A stretch of 64,000 nt of DNA from the NCBI RefSeq assembly GCF_004010195.1, contig NC_057720.1, positions 34,574,229 to 34,638,228 of the forward strand, in the 5' to 3' direction. The stretch comes from Chiloscyllium plagiosum. Taxonomy: Eukaryota. Of this stretch, positions 51,746 to 62,410 are shown one piece after another (position 1 is the stretch's first letter; every line of letters starts with the position of its first letter). Under the pieces are notes generated by a model. It was not told the origin of the DNA and did no database searches. It worked only from the letters and a program-made list of their open reading frames with translations. Made by a program: the position numbers and the translations under genes.

Positions 51746-52088
51746 CAGGTAGACAACCCTTTATCTGAAATACTGAAATCCGAAAGGCTCCAAAGTCTGA
51801 AGGTTTTTTTGTGAAGTTTTTTTCTAATTAACAAGGTTGATTGGCAAACAATTAACCCAAGTGGACATCCACTCGATGCGTGTCACTCAGATGCAATGTG
51901 GGGGTGCGTGGCCCATCACTGGCAGGCTTCAATTCTGTCTCAGGCCCATTTTACTGAATGAGTCTGGTCCTCCAGTAAGATTTTTAAAAATTTCACCATC
52001 AAGCTGTCATTTATTCTGAAATTCGAAAAATTCTGAATTCCAAAAACCAGCTAGTCCCGAGCATTTCGGATAAAGGATTGTGCATCTG
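51746..52088. mobile_element. Tc1/mariner (Tigger-like) MITE
   Basis: TIRs of about 26 bp (caggtagacaaccctttatctgaaat / atttcggataaaggattgtgcatctg); ta/ca flanks; removal restores Gypsy KRAVLRF. Confidence 0.85.
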
Positions 52089-52222
52089 CACTGCTCTTTT
52101 TGTCGATGCAATGGGAAACTTCCCAAATGCCTTTGTTTTTGCATTCCGTGAGGCCATTTTTCCATGTCCAATAACATGGCCCAGGAAGGTGACTTGGGCT
52201 TTGACAAATTCACTTTTAGTCA

Positions 52223-52540
52223 GGTTTCAAATAAACTCCCTTCCATCCCCTGATTCCCTTCCCAACCTCTCCCTCTCCCTTCCACTTCTCTGACCGACCC
52301 TTCCTTCCAGCTATCAACTAGATTCATTCCTCCCATTGTCCAACCAGTTCGTACACTCTACCTGTGTTTACCCATCCCTACCTCACCACCAGACCCCTTC
52401 CCCCCACATCTCACCATCCCCTTTACCTGCAGCTCCCTTTACACCCACTCCCATTCCTGAAATAGGGTTACACCTTATGTCCTGATGCTGCCTGGTTTGC
52501 CTACTTTGGATTCCAGCATCTGCAGTTTTCTTGTCTCTAA
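52223..52540 (+). mobile_element. Penelope-related terminal repeat (C/T-rich variant)
   Basis: C-rich body ending gattccagcatctgcagttttcttgtctc; interrupts the Gypsy RT. Confidence 0.65.
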
Positions 52541-52664
52541 CTAGGTTTATCACCAAGCCTACCTCCTGAGGTTGATCAAACAATTCTGATAAATGTTGCA
52601 AATGTTCCTTCCATGTGAGACTAAAAATCACCAGGTCATCAACATATACCACACAATTGGAAAT

Positions 52665-53797
52665 GGAGGTTGAGCAATTCATCAACTTCACCAACACATT
52701 CCACCCTGACCTTAAATTTACCTGGGGTCCATCTCTGACACCTCCCTCCCCTTCCTGGACCTCACCATCTCCATTAATGACGACCGACTTGACACTGACA
52801 TTTTTTACAAACCCACCAACACCCACAGCTACCTGAATTATACATCTTCCCACCCTACCTCTTGCAAAAATGCCATCCCGTATTCCCAATTTCTCTGCCT
52901 TCATCGTATCTGCTCCCAGGAGGACCAGTTCCACCACAGAACACNNNNNNNNNNNNNNNNNNNNNNNNNNNNNNNNNNNNNNNNNNNNNNNNNNNNNNNN
53001 NNNNNNNNNNNNNNNNNNNNNNNNNNNNNNNNNNNNNNNNNNNNNNNNNNNNNNNNNNNNNNNNNNNNNNNNNNNNNNNNNNNNNNNNNNNNNNNNNNNN
53101 NNNNNNNNNNNNNNNNNNNNNNNNNNNNNNNNNNNNNNNNNNNNNNNNNNNNNNNNNNNNNNNNNNNNNNNNNNNNNNNNNNNNNNNNNNNNNNNNNNNN
53201 NNNNNNNNNNNNNNNNNNNNNNNNNNNNNNNNNNNNNNNNNNNNNNNNNNNNNNNNNNNNNNNNNNNNNNNNNNNNNNNNNNNNNNNNNNNNNNNNNNNN
53301 NNNNNNNNNNNNNNNNNNNNNNNNNNNNNNNNNNNNNNNNNNNNNNNNNNNNNNNNNNNNNNNNNNNNNNNNNNNNNNNNNNNNNNNNNNNNNNNNNNNN
53401 NNNNNNNNNNNNNNNNNNNNNNNNNNNNNNNNNNNNNNNNNNNNNNNNNNNNNNNNNNNNNNNNNNNNNNNNNNNNNNNNNNNNNNNNNNNNNNNNNNNN
53501 NNNNNNNNNNNNNNNNNNNNNNNNNNNNNNNNNNNNNNNNNNNNNNNNNNNNNNNNNNNNNNNNNNNNNNNNNNNNNNNNNNNNNNNNNGACCTATCACC
53601 TTCATCCCCTCCCCCACTCCCTATTGTACTCTATGCTACTTTCTCCCACACCCACCCTCCTCTAGCTTATCTCTCCACGTTTCAGGCTTACTGCCTTTAT
53701 TCCTGATGAAGGGCGTTTGCCCGAAACGTCGATTTTACTGCTCCTTGGATGCTGCCTGAACTGCTGTGCTCTTCCAGCACCACTAATCCATAATCTT
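52665..53797 (+). mobile_element. Penelope family A element, 5'-truncated, spanning the gap at 52945-53589
   Basis: EVEQFINFTNTFHPDLKFTW, YKPTN..SYLNYTSSHP; terminal repeat after the gap. Confidence 0.9.
53699..53734 (+). ncRNA. Minimal hammerhead ribozyme (family A), intact core
   Basis: AUUC-CUGAUGA-A-GGGC-GUUU-GCCC-GAA-ACGU-C-GAUU. Confidence 0.85.
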
Positions 53798-53842
53798 TGA
53801 AATATGGCTAGCACACTTTAAACTGATACAGTCCATTTGACA

Positions 53843-54457
53843 TTATGAAATTGTCTTCATTCTTTTGGACAATGGTACCTGCCAGTATCCTCTGCGCAAG
53901 TCCAACTTAGAAATATAAGTTGTTTGTCCCACCTTTTCAACACAGTCTTCCAAACAAGGAATCGGATATGCATCAGTCTTTGTAATTACATTGACTTTGC
54001 GATAGTCTGCACATAACTGTTGGGTGCCATCTGGTTTTGGCATCATGACTATGGATGAGCTCCAGTCATTGTAACTCACTTTGATTGTGTCATCTTGGAA
54101 CATGCATTCAATTTCCTTTTGAACCTGTGCCAAATTTAGGGGGTGATGCCTGTAAGGATGTTGCTTAATTGGAACAGCATCTCCTATATCTATGTCATGC
54201 ATAATTAGATTAGTACTACCTAGCTTTTCTCCACATAACTCCGATAGCAATAACTCTTTCAGGCCATTCCAATTTTTCTCTGGCAGGTAGTTCAATAATT
54301 TATTCCAATTTTTGACAACTTGCTCATTGTCCAATTTAATTTGAGGAATGTCCAATTTAGAATCCTCTGAACTTGGTTCTTTGCTCTGTGTTGTAACCAA
54401 TAACACAGTCTCCTTTTGCATTCCTTCCCTGTCAAAATATCTTTTGAGCATATTCAC
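53843..54457 (-). pseudogene. Gmr1 element 1 RT N-terminal part
   Basis: PIKQHPYR, WSSSIVMMPKPDG, CADYRKVN, SKLDLRRGYWQVP; the YVDD motif lies near 52635-52648. Confidence 0.92.
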
Positions 54458-54460
54458 AAA

Positions 54461-54652
54461 GAGTCATAGAGATGTACAGCATGGAAAAGACCATTTGGTC
54501 CAACTTGTCCATGCTGACCAGATATCCCAACACAATCTAGTCCCAGCTCATTCCGTGCACAAACCATCCTCTGAGTGAAAAAGTTGCCACTTAGGTCTCT
54601 TTTATATCTTTCCCTTCTCACCCTAAACCTATGTCCTCTAGTTCTGGACTCA
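54461..54652 (-). mobile_element. CR1 3' fragment
   Basis: gagtcatagagatgtacagcatggaaa tail. Confidence 0.85.
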
Positions 54653-54654
54653 AA

Positions 54655-55990
54655 TAATTCACCCCACTCAATTTCCTTTTGACTTGATGTGGTCCACGAA
54701 AGCTTGCTTTTAATGGTTCACCTATCACTGGAAGTAACACTAACATCTTATCTCCAATAGCAAAATTGCGAGGTTTTGATTTCTTGTCTGCTTCCTGTTT
54801 CATTGTATGCTGTGATACTTTTAAATGTTGTCTAGCCAACTCCCCCACTCTATTTAATTGTTCCCTAAATTTGACACATAGTCCAAATATGTGATCTCTG
54901 AACTTTGGTGTACCAGGGTAGCATGGTGGCACAGTGGTTAGCACTGCAGCCTCACAGCGCCAGAGACCTGGGTTCAATTCCCACCTCAGGCGAGTGACTG
55001 TGTGGAGTTTGCACATTCTCCCCGTGTCTGCGTGGGTTTCCTCCGGGTGCTCCGGTTTCCTCCCACAGTCCAAAGCAGATTAGGTGAATTGGCCATGCTA
55101 AATTGCCCGTAGTGTTAGGTGAAGGGGTAAATGGAGGGGAATGGGTCTGGGTGGGTTGTGCTTCGGTGGGTCGGTGTGGACTTGTTGGGCCAAAGGCCTG
55201 TTTCCACACTGTAAGTAATCTAATCAGTTTCTCCTTAATCAATTTTAGTAGTCTGAATTTTGTGGATTCATTTGGTGCATCTCTGATGGCAGAAAGTGCA
55301 AATGGTATTCCTTTGTTCCAATCATCTGGATAGTCTTGACTATAAGCTCTCAACATGGTTTTTAATGGCTGATGCCACCTTTCTAGCGGTCTCTGCAATT
55401 CTGGATATGTATGCAGTAGATTTGAATTGTTTTATTTCTAAGCTGTCCATAACTTGTTTGAATAATTTTGATATAAAGTTTGACTCTTGATCTGATTGTA
55501 TCTCTGTTGGTAGTACATATCTAGCGAAAACAATTGAGTATCCCTATCCCTTTAGCTGTAATATTACGTATTGGAATGGCCTCTGGAAATCTGGCAGACA
55601 CATCCATTATTGTTAACAAATATTATTCACATTTCTTTTAGGTAGTGGTCCTACGCAATCAATTGAGACTCTTGTAAAAGATTCCTCAAATGCAGGAATA
55701 GTACTAAGGGTGCAGGTTTTATTACTGCCTGTGGCTTTCCAATTTCCTGACAGGTATGACATGTCTGGCAAAATTCAACTGCATCCTTTTGCAGTCCAGG
55801 CCAATAAAAATGTTTTTGAATTTAGCTTGAGTTTTTCTTACCCCTAAATAACGTTCTACTGGTAGTTCATGTACTACCCACAACACCTCCTTTCTATAAC
55901 CAATGGCATTACAACTTGATAAACTTCTCCACATTTATCATCTGCCTGAATATGTGATGGTCTCCATTTCCTCATTAAGATAATTTTTAA
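54655..55990 (-). pseudogene. Gmr1 element 1 integrase (split by a SINE)
   Basis: HELP..LGVRKT..CQTCHTCQ, SIDCVGPLP, QSDQESNF, LERWHQPLKTML, ASFRGPHQV (GPY/F). Confidence 0.9.
54917..55224 (+). mobile_element. HE1-type SINE
   Basis: Head, core and taatctaatc tail. Confidence 0.95.
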
Positions 55991-56213
55991 GGTAGAAGCA
56001 TTCATGGATATATTCTGATTCTTTTTCCGTGAATGCCTTTTAATACAATTGCTTTAGTTTCTTCTCTTTCTGTTGTAACTCAGTTAATTTCTCTGAACTA
56101 AAGATTTCTACTTTGTCATCCATTTGCTCATGTTTTGTGTCAACCATTTGGTCAAACAGGGTCTCTGCTAATTCCACTTCAACTTTCTTACCTGTACTCT
56201 GATCCCTCCTGAT

Positions 56214-56600
56214 TCAACTGATGACTTGTGACCTCGTTACCACACAGTCAGGAAAAATCCCAAGATATGCTTCTTGCAATAGTTCATATGCCTGAGTTTC
56301 CACTGGCTTTTCAACCACAGTCGGCAGCACGCTAACCTGTGAACCAACTATATCATTAGCAAGGACAAATTGTATTCCTGGAGCTGAGAGGTTGTCCAGT
56401 ACTCCTACCATAACTTCTTCACTCTTCACTGGACACTCTAACCTCACTCTGCATAATTGAACGCTTCATGTCTCACTGTGAATTCCCGTTACTAGCCCCT
56501 CTTCTGGCACCTGTCCTTTAGAGGTACATATCCCATCTTCTTTCAACATCACAGACTGAGAGGATCTTGTATCTCTCAATATTGTAACCTGCTTCTCCTG
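56214..56600 (-). pseudogene. Gmr1 element 1 aspartic protease
   Basis: VTILRDTRSSQS (decayed DTG) and GIQFVLAND. Confidence 0.75.
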
Positions 56601-56787
56601 GCCTATGCGAGTAAACTTTACCTTTGCAGGTATATGGTTTAAGAAGATTTGGCACTTTCTCCTTAACCAACCTCCGACTAGGTTGTAAATTCTGCTGCAG
56701 CTTTCTAGCCTCCACTGTGCTTTCCATTACCACGCCAACAAAATTCACTGGCTTATCCTGTTTTCCTACATCCAACTTCCCAGCGCT

Positions 56788-58050
56788 TTACCTAGCCCAC
56801 CAACACTGTGATTTCACATGGCCTACTTTATTGCAGTGAAAACACCGGAGATTTTTAACTTCTCTTTCCCCTTCAAGGGTTTCCTTTTTACCCTGTAGTA
56901 AGTTAGCCTTACAATCTTCACCGAGATCTACCTTTCTCTTACCACGTGAGAATTTCTCTTCTCCACAATTTCTATCCCTCATGGATTGAAATTGATGTTG
57001 GAAGACAAGCTTTGATTTATGAACCAACTTATAATCATCAGCCATTTTAGCTGCTAATCTTGCCATTGTAACTCTCTGCTCTTCCTCATGAGTTCTCACT
57101 AGCTCAGGAAGTGAAGTTTTGAACTCCTCCAAAATAATCGTCTCTTTAAGAGTGTCATATTATTTATTAATGCTCTTATCCACCTATCAATATTACTTTG
57201 TTTGATCTTTTCAAACTCAAAGTAGGTTTGATCAGTGTCCCTCTGAAATGCTGTCTGTAGGCATCTGGCACAAGCTCATATGCACTTAAGATGACTTTCC
57301 TCACCTCCTCATACACCCCAGATACCTCCTCTGATAGTAATGCGAATACTTCACGAGCTCTACCTACAAGTTTTGTTTGGACCAACAAAACCCACATGGT
57401 CACTAGTCACTGCATTTGTTTAGCCACCTCCTCAAATGAGATTAAAAAGGTTCCTACATCTTTCTCATCAAATTTAGGCATTGCTTGAATATATTTAAAC
57501 AGTTTCTCACCAGGCCTTTGGCTACCAGGGGTTTGCTCATCCTCACTAAGCTTACCTTCAACCTTCATCTTCATCTTTTAAAGTTGACTTACCTGTCAAA
57601 GTGCCAATTTCTGAAGTTCAAACTCCCTCTCTTTCTTCCTTCCCTCTCTCTCTGTTTGTCTCTCTTCTCTCTACCTTCCACTGTCTTCTCTCTCTTTTTA
57701 GTTTTGCTCTGCTAAAGCGATTCATTGTTTTTCTCCTTTTTTAGTTGTAATTCAAACAATGTCATTCCTTTTTTCCTGCCTTTTCTTTTGCCTCAATCTC
57801 AAGCTGCTTCATTTTCAATTGAATTTTACCCATCCCTAAAGTTTCTGATGGTGTTTACAGCAGATTTAAATGCTGAGCTATTGTTGTAATTATCTCTCCT
57901 TTCCTCGTGGAAGGAGGCAGCTCCAACTCCAGTTTGACTGCCAATTTCAGCAACTTTTCCTTGTTCACCTTTTGTAAAATCCCCCAAAGTCACTTCTTCC
58001 ACCCTCAGAAACCTCTTCGTGAATGAAAGAGCCATTTCTATCTCAAGCAC
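56788..58050 (-). pseudogene. Gmr1 element 1 gag with SCAN-like capsid region and CCHC knuckle
   Basis: LVGRAREVF..YEEVRKVILSAYELVPDAYRQHFR; LEEFKTSLP; CFHCNKVGHVKSQC. Confidence 0.88.
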
Positions 58051-58158
58051 TGTTTAAACCACCTGCAATCATTTCCCAGAACAAAAGACACTCACACTTA
58101 CCACTCGCTGCCTTTAAGTCCAGCAGCCCTAATCCCAATTTGTCAAACTACAAAACAT

Positions 58159-58176
58159 ATCCCGGCTGGGCCCCCA
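58159..58176 (-). promoter_or_regulatory. Primer binding site, tRNA-Pro-like
   Basis: rc TGGGGGCCCAGCCGGGAT vs canonical TGGGGGCTCGTCCGGGAT (15/18), 3 nt from the LTR end. Confidence 0.8.
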
Positions 58177-58179
58177 ATC

Positions 58180-58475
58180 TGTCATGGACCAGGCCAGACC
58201 TCTTCAAAACGTTTCAAGAATGTAGCTGAAAAATGTGTTGCTGGAAAAGCGCAGCAGGTCAGGCAGCATCCAAGGAGCAGGAGAATCGATGTTTCAGGCA
58301 TGAGCTCTTCTTCAGGGATCTCTCATGAATGTAGCCCAGACACTAACTTTTTTTGTTGCTTTAAGGAGATTATAGTTGTATGCATCAGGAGTGATGCAGC
58401 TGGCCCAACCATTTGGTTTTAAACAAAACTGAGTTTATTTATACACCAACAAAAGAGAATATATTGAATTTATAC
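58180..58475 (-). repeat. Partial 5' LTR of Gmr1 element 1, with a Penelope family A mini-copy at about 58227-58326
   Basis: tgtcatggaccaggccagacc matches the 3' LTR; gaatgtagc duplicated around the insert. Confidence 0.85.
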
Positions 58476-58499
58476 ATGAAAATATTGAATAACATGCAA

Positions 58500-59505
58500 G
58501 GAGATATGCAAGAAGACTGGGGAAACTTGCAGGCTCAATAGTGCTGTCATATTAGGAGATTTTAATTTTCTTAACATCGACTGGGACTGCAAGAACATTA
58601 AGGGCTTAGATGAGGTTGAATTTGTTAAATGTATTCGGGAAAGTTTCCTCAAACAGTATATGGAGTGTCCAACTCGGGAAGGGGCAAAACTCAACCTACC
58701 CTTGGGAAATTGGCCAGGACAAGTGACAGAGGTGACAGTGGGGAAGCACTTTTGGACCATAGTTCTATTAATTTTAAAATAGCTACGGATAGGGACAAAA
58801 TTGGTCCACAGGCTCAATTTCTAAATTGGAGCAAGGTGAATTTTGATGGAATTAGACAGAAGCTTGCAGGGTTTGATTGGAATAGTATGTTTGCAGGCAA
58901 AAGGCCTTCTGGCAAGTGGGAAAGGTTTAAAATGAGATAGCCAGAGTTCAAAGTCTATATGTTCCTGTGAGGGTGAATGGCAAGGTTGGCAGGAAAAGGG
59001 AAGCCTGGAGACAAAGGACATTGAGGCTTTGGATCAGAAGAATCCCTAAAGGTATACAGGGAATACAGGGGTTTACTGAAGAAGGAAATAAGGAGGGTGA
59101 AAAGAGGGCACGAGATAGCCTAGACTGAGAAGATCAGGGTGAATCCAATGAGGTACTTTAAGTATATTAAAGGAAAAAGAATAACTAGAGAGAGAATAGG
59201 GCCCATCAAGGACCGAAGCGGACGTGTATGTGTAGACATGCAACAGATGGGTGAGGTCCTCAATGAATATTTCTCCTCTGTGTTTACCATGGCGAAAGAC
59301 ATGAAGACTTGGGAACTTGGGAAATTTAGTGGTGATATCATGGAGACATTCCAGATCACAGTGGAGGGGGTGGCGGACGTATGAGAATGTATGAACATGG
59401 ATAGATCTTTTGGTCTTGACTAGATATATCTAAGAACCCTGCAAGAGTCTAGGGAAGAAATTGCAGGGGCCTGGCTGATATTTTTGCATCATCGTTAGCC
59501 ATGAT
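58500..59505 (+). mobile_element. CR1 ORF2 internal fragment (EN to linker)
   Basis: VILGDFNF, PTREGA, YFKYIKGKR, EVLNEYFSSVFT. Confidence 0.9.
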
Positions 59506-60708
59506 TGTCAATATACTCAATTCAAACTTGATTTGAGGTTGGTATTTTTTGGGGTATTATTAAAACTGATTGGCCTAATTCGAAATTGTTTTTGTCTCCA
59601 GGCAACCAGCTACACTAACTGCTGGACCAAAAGGTTACATTGTGTCTTGTTCAGAACACTTGGTGCTGTCAGGTAGTTCTGCTAGCTTTTAACTTTCTTA
59701 AAGGTACACACCCACACCTTTGTAACACCTCCTCCCTTAAGAAAAAAAATGAACCATCATAATGAAAAATGGCTTCATTTCCTTTTCTATTCTTTAAACA
59801 CGTTACCCTAATATACTGAGAACTTTAATTTAAGTTCACCTTAACTTCTTCCCTTGTAACTATATATACATCAAACATTAAATAAATACAAATCTCAGCT
59901 AAACTTTATCAGTTAAATCCGCGATAATGCATCCTTACGACGTGCAACATGTATGATTTTTAAATTAAAAGTCTGTAACATATGACTCCAATAAAAGTTT
60001 CATATTCTTATCTTTAAAACATGCCAAGAATGTAAGTGGATTGTAGCCCGTGTACATAACCATCTCCGACATATTGTTCATTAAAATGTTGTAAGGCCAG
60101 TACCAAACTCAGTAGTTCTTTTTCGATCGTGGAGTATTTCCTCTGTTGGATGTTGATCTTCTTCAAAAAGTAACCCACTGGCAGTTCAATCCTATCCTCA
60201 TCTTCCTGTGGAAGTACAGCTCTAACTCCTATGTCATTAGCATTGATGGTGACTTTAAAAGGTTTTGAAAAGTTTGGCGTAGCTAAAACTGGTTTGGTGG
60301 TTAATATTGATTTCAAATGTTCGAATGCTTCCTGGCATTGTTCTGTCCACCGAAACTTTGCGATCTTCTTCAGCAAATTGGTTAACGGTGCCTCTACATT
60401 GCTGAAGTTTGGAATAAACTTCCGATACAAACCACTGAGTCCTAAGAATCGAAGCACCTCTTTCTTCGAGGTTGGTCGTGGAAATTCCTCGATGGCCTTT
60501 GACTTTGTGTTCCATGGGGTCAATCTTCCATGATCGATGTTATGTCCCAAGAACGTCACCTCTGCTTTCGCAAATTCAGTTTTGTTTAAGTTTATTACCA
60601 GTTTTGCTTCTCGTAGTCATTTAAACAGCTCTGCCAACTGTACCTGTGATTTTTCCAGGACTTACTAAAGAACACTACATTGTCCAAATAGACTGCACAG
60701 TTTGTTAA

Positions 60709-62410
60709 GGTAAAAACAAGGACTGCAGATGCTGGAAACCAGAATCTATATTAGAGTGGTGCTGGAATAGCGCAGCAGGTCAGGCAGCATCGGGGAGCAG
60801 GGAAATTGACGTTTTGGGCAAAAACCCTTCATCAGGAATAGAGGCAAGGTGCCTGCAGAGTGGAGAGAAAAATGAGAGGGGGTTGGAGGGCGAGAAAGTA
60901 GCATAGAGTACAATAGGTGAGTGGGGGTGGGGATGGAGGTGATAGGTCAGAGAGGAGGGTGGAGTGGATAGGTGGAAAGGAAGATAGGCAGGTAGGACAG
61001 GTCATGAGGGCAGTGCTGAGCTGGAAGGTTTGAGCTGGGGTGAGGTGGGGGAAGTGGAAATGAGGAAACTGGTGAAATCCACATTGATGCCCTGGGGTTG
61101 AAGTGTTCTGAGGCAGAAGATGAGGCATTCTTCCTCCAGGAGTCGAGTGGTGAGGGAGCAGTGGTGGTGGAGGCCCAGGACCTGCATGTCCTCGGCAGAG
61201 TGGGAGGGGGAGTTGAAATGTTGGTCCACAGGGCGTTGGAGTTGATTGGTGCGGGTGTCCCGGAGATGTTCCCTAAAGCGCTCTGCTAGGAGGCATCCAG
61301 TCTACCTAATGTAGAGGAGACCGCATCAGGAGCAATGGATACAATAAATGATATTGGTGGATTTGCAGGTAAGACTTTGATGGATTGGAAGGCTCCTTTA
61401 GGGCCTTGGCTGGAGGTGAGGGAGGAGGTTTTGGCGCAGGTTTTGTAATTCGTGCGGTGGCAGGGGAAGGTGCCAGGATGGGAGGGTGGGTTGTTGGGGG
61501 GCGTGGAGCTGACCAGGTAGTCACAGAGGGAATGGTCTTTTAGGACAGAGATGAGGAGAAACTTCTTCACCCAGAGAGTGGTGGCTGTGTGGAATGCTCT
61601 GCCCCAGAGGGCAGTGGAGGCCCAGTCTCTGGATTCATTTAAGAAAGAGTTGGATAGAGCTCTCAAAGATAGTGGAATCAAGGGTTATGGAGATAAGGCA
61701 GGAAGAGGATACTGATTATGAATGATCAGCCATGATCATATTGAATGGCAGTGCAGGCTCGAAGGGCAGAATGGCCTACTCCTGCACCTATTGTCTATTG
61801 TCTTTGCGGAAGGCGGAAAGGGGAGGGAAATATATCCCTGGTGGTGGGGTCCGTTTGGAGGTGGCGGAAATGTCGTCGGATGATTTGGTTTATGCGAAGG
61901 TTGGTAGGGTGGAAGGTGAGCACCAGGGGCGTTCTGTCCTTGTTACGGTTGGAGGGGTGGGGTTTGAGGGCGGAGGGGCGGGATGTGGATGAAATGCGTT
62001 GGAGGGCATCTTTAACCACGTGGGAAGGGAAATTGCTGTCTCTCAAGAAGGAGGCCATCTGGTGTGTTCTGTGGTGGAACTGGTCCTCCTGGGAGCAGAT
62101 ATGACGAAGGCGGAAGAATTGGGAATACAGGATGGCATTTTTGCAAGAGGTAGGGTGGGAAGAGGTATAGTCCAGGTAGCTGTGGGAGTCGGTGGGTTTG
62201 TAAAAAATGTCAGTGTCAAGTCGGTCGTCATTAATGGAGATGGAGAGGTCCAGGAAGGGGAGGGAGGTGTCAGAGATGGTCCAGGTGAATTTAAGGTCAG
62301 GGTGGAATGTGTTGGTGAAGTTGATGAATTGCTCAACTTCCTTGCAGGAGCACGAGGTGGCGCCAATACAGTCATCAATGTAGCGGAGGAAGAGGTGGGG
62401 AGTGGTGCCG
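60709..62410 (-). mobile_element. Penelope family A element (RT C-terminal half, GIY-YIG EN, terminal repeat)
   Basis: FLRYIDDCIG, YKPTDSHSYLDY, NIIYCIHC..CGLLYI; decayed hammerhead at 60805-60838; 9-bp TSD gtttgttaa (60700-60708 / 62411-62419). Confidence 0.95.
61541..61799 (+). mobile_element. Young CR1 3' fragment nested in Penelope
   Basis: TSD gtcttt (61535-61540 / 61800-61805); ctattgt tail. Confidence 0.92.

Larger units (their letters stand above)
48576..58475 (-). mobile_element. Gmr1-type Gypsy LTR retrotransposon 1 (gag-PR-IN-RT-RH), degraded, with many nested insertions
   Basis: Two homologous LTRs, PBS and PPT; domain order read from motifs. Confidence 0.92.
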
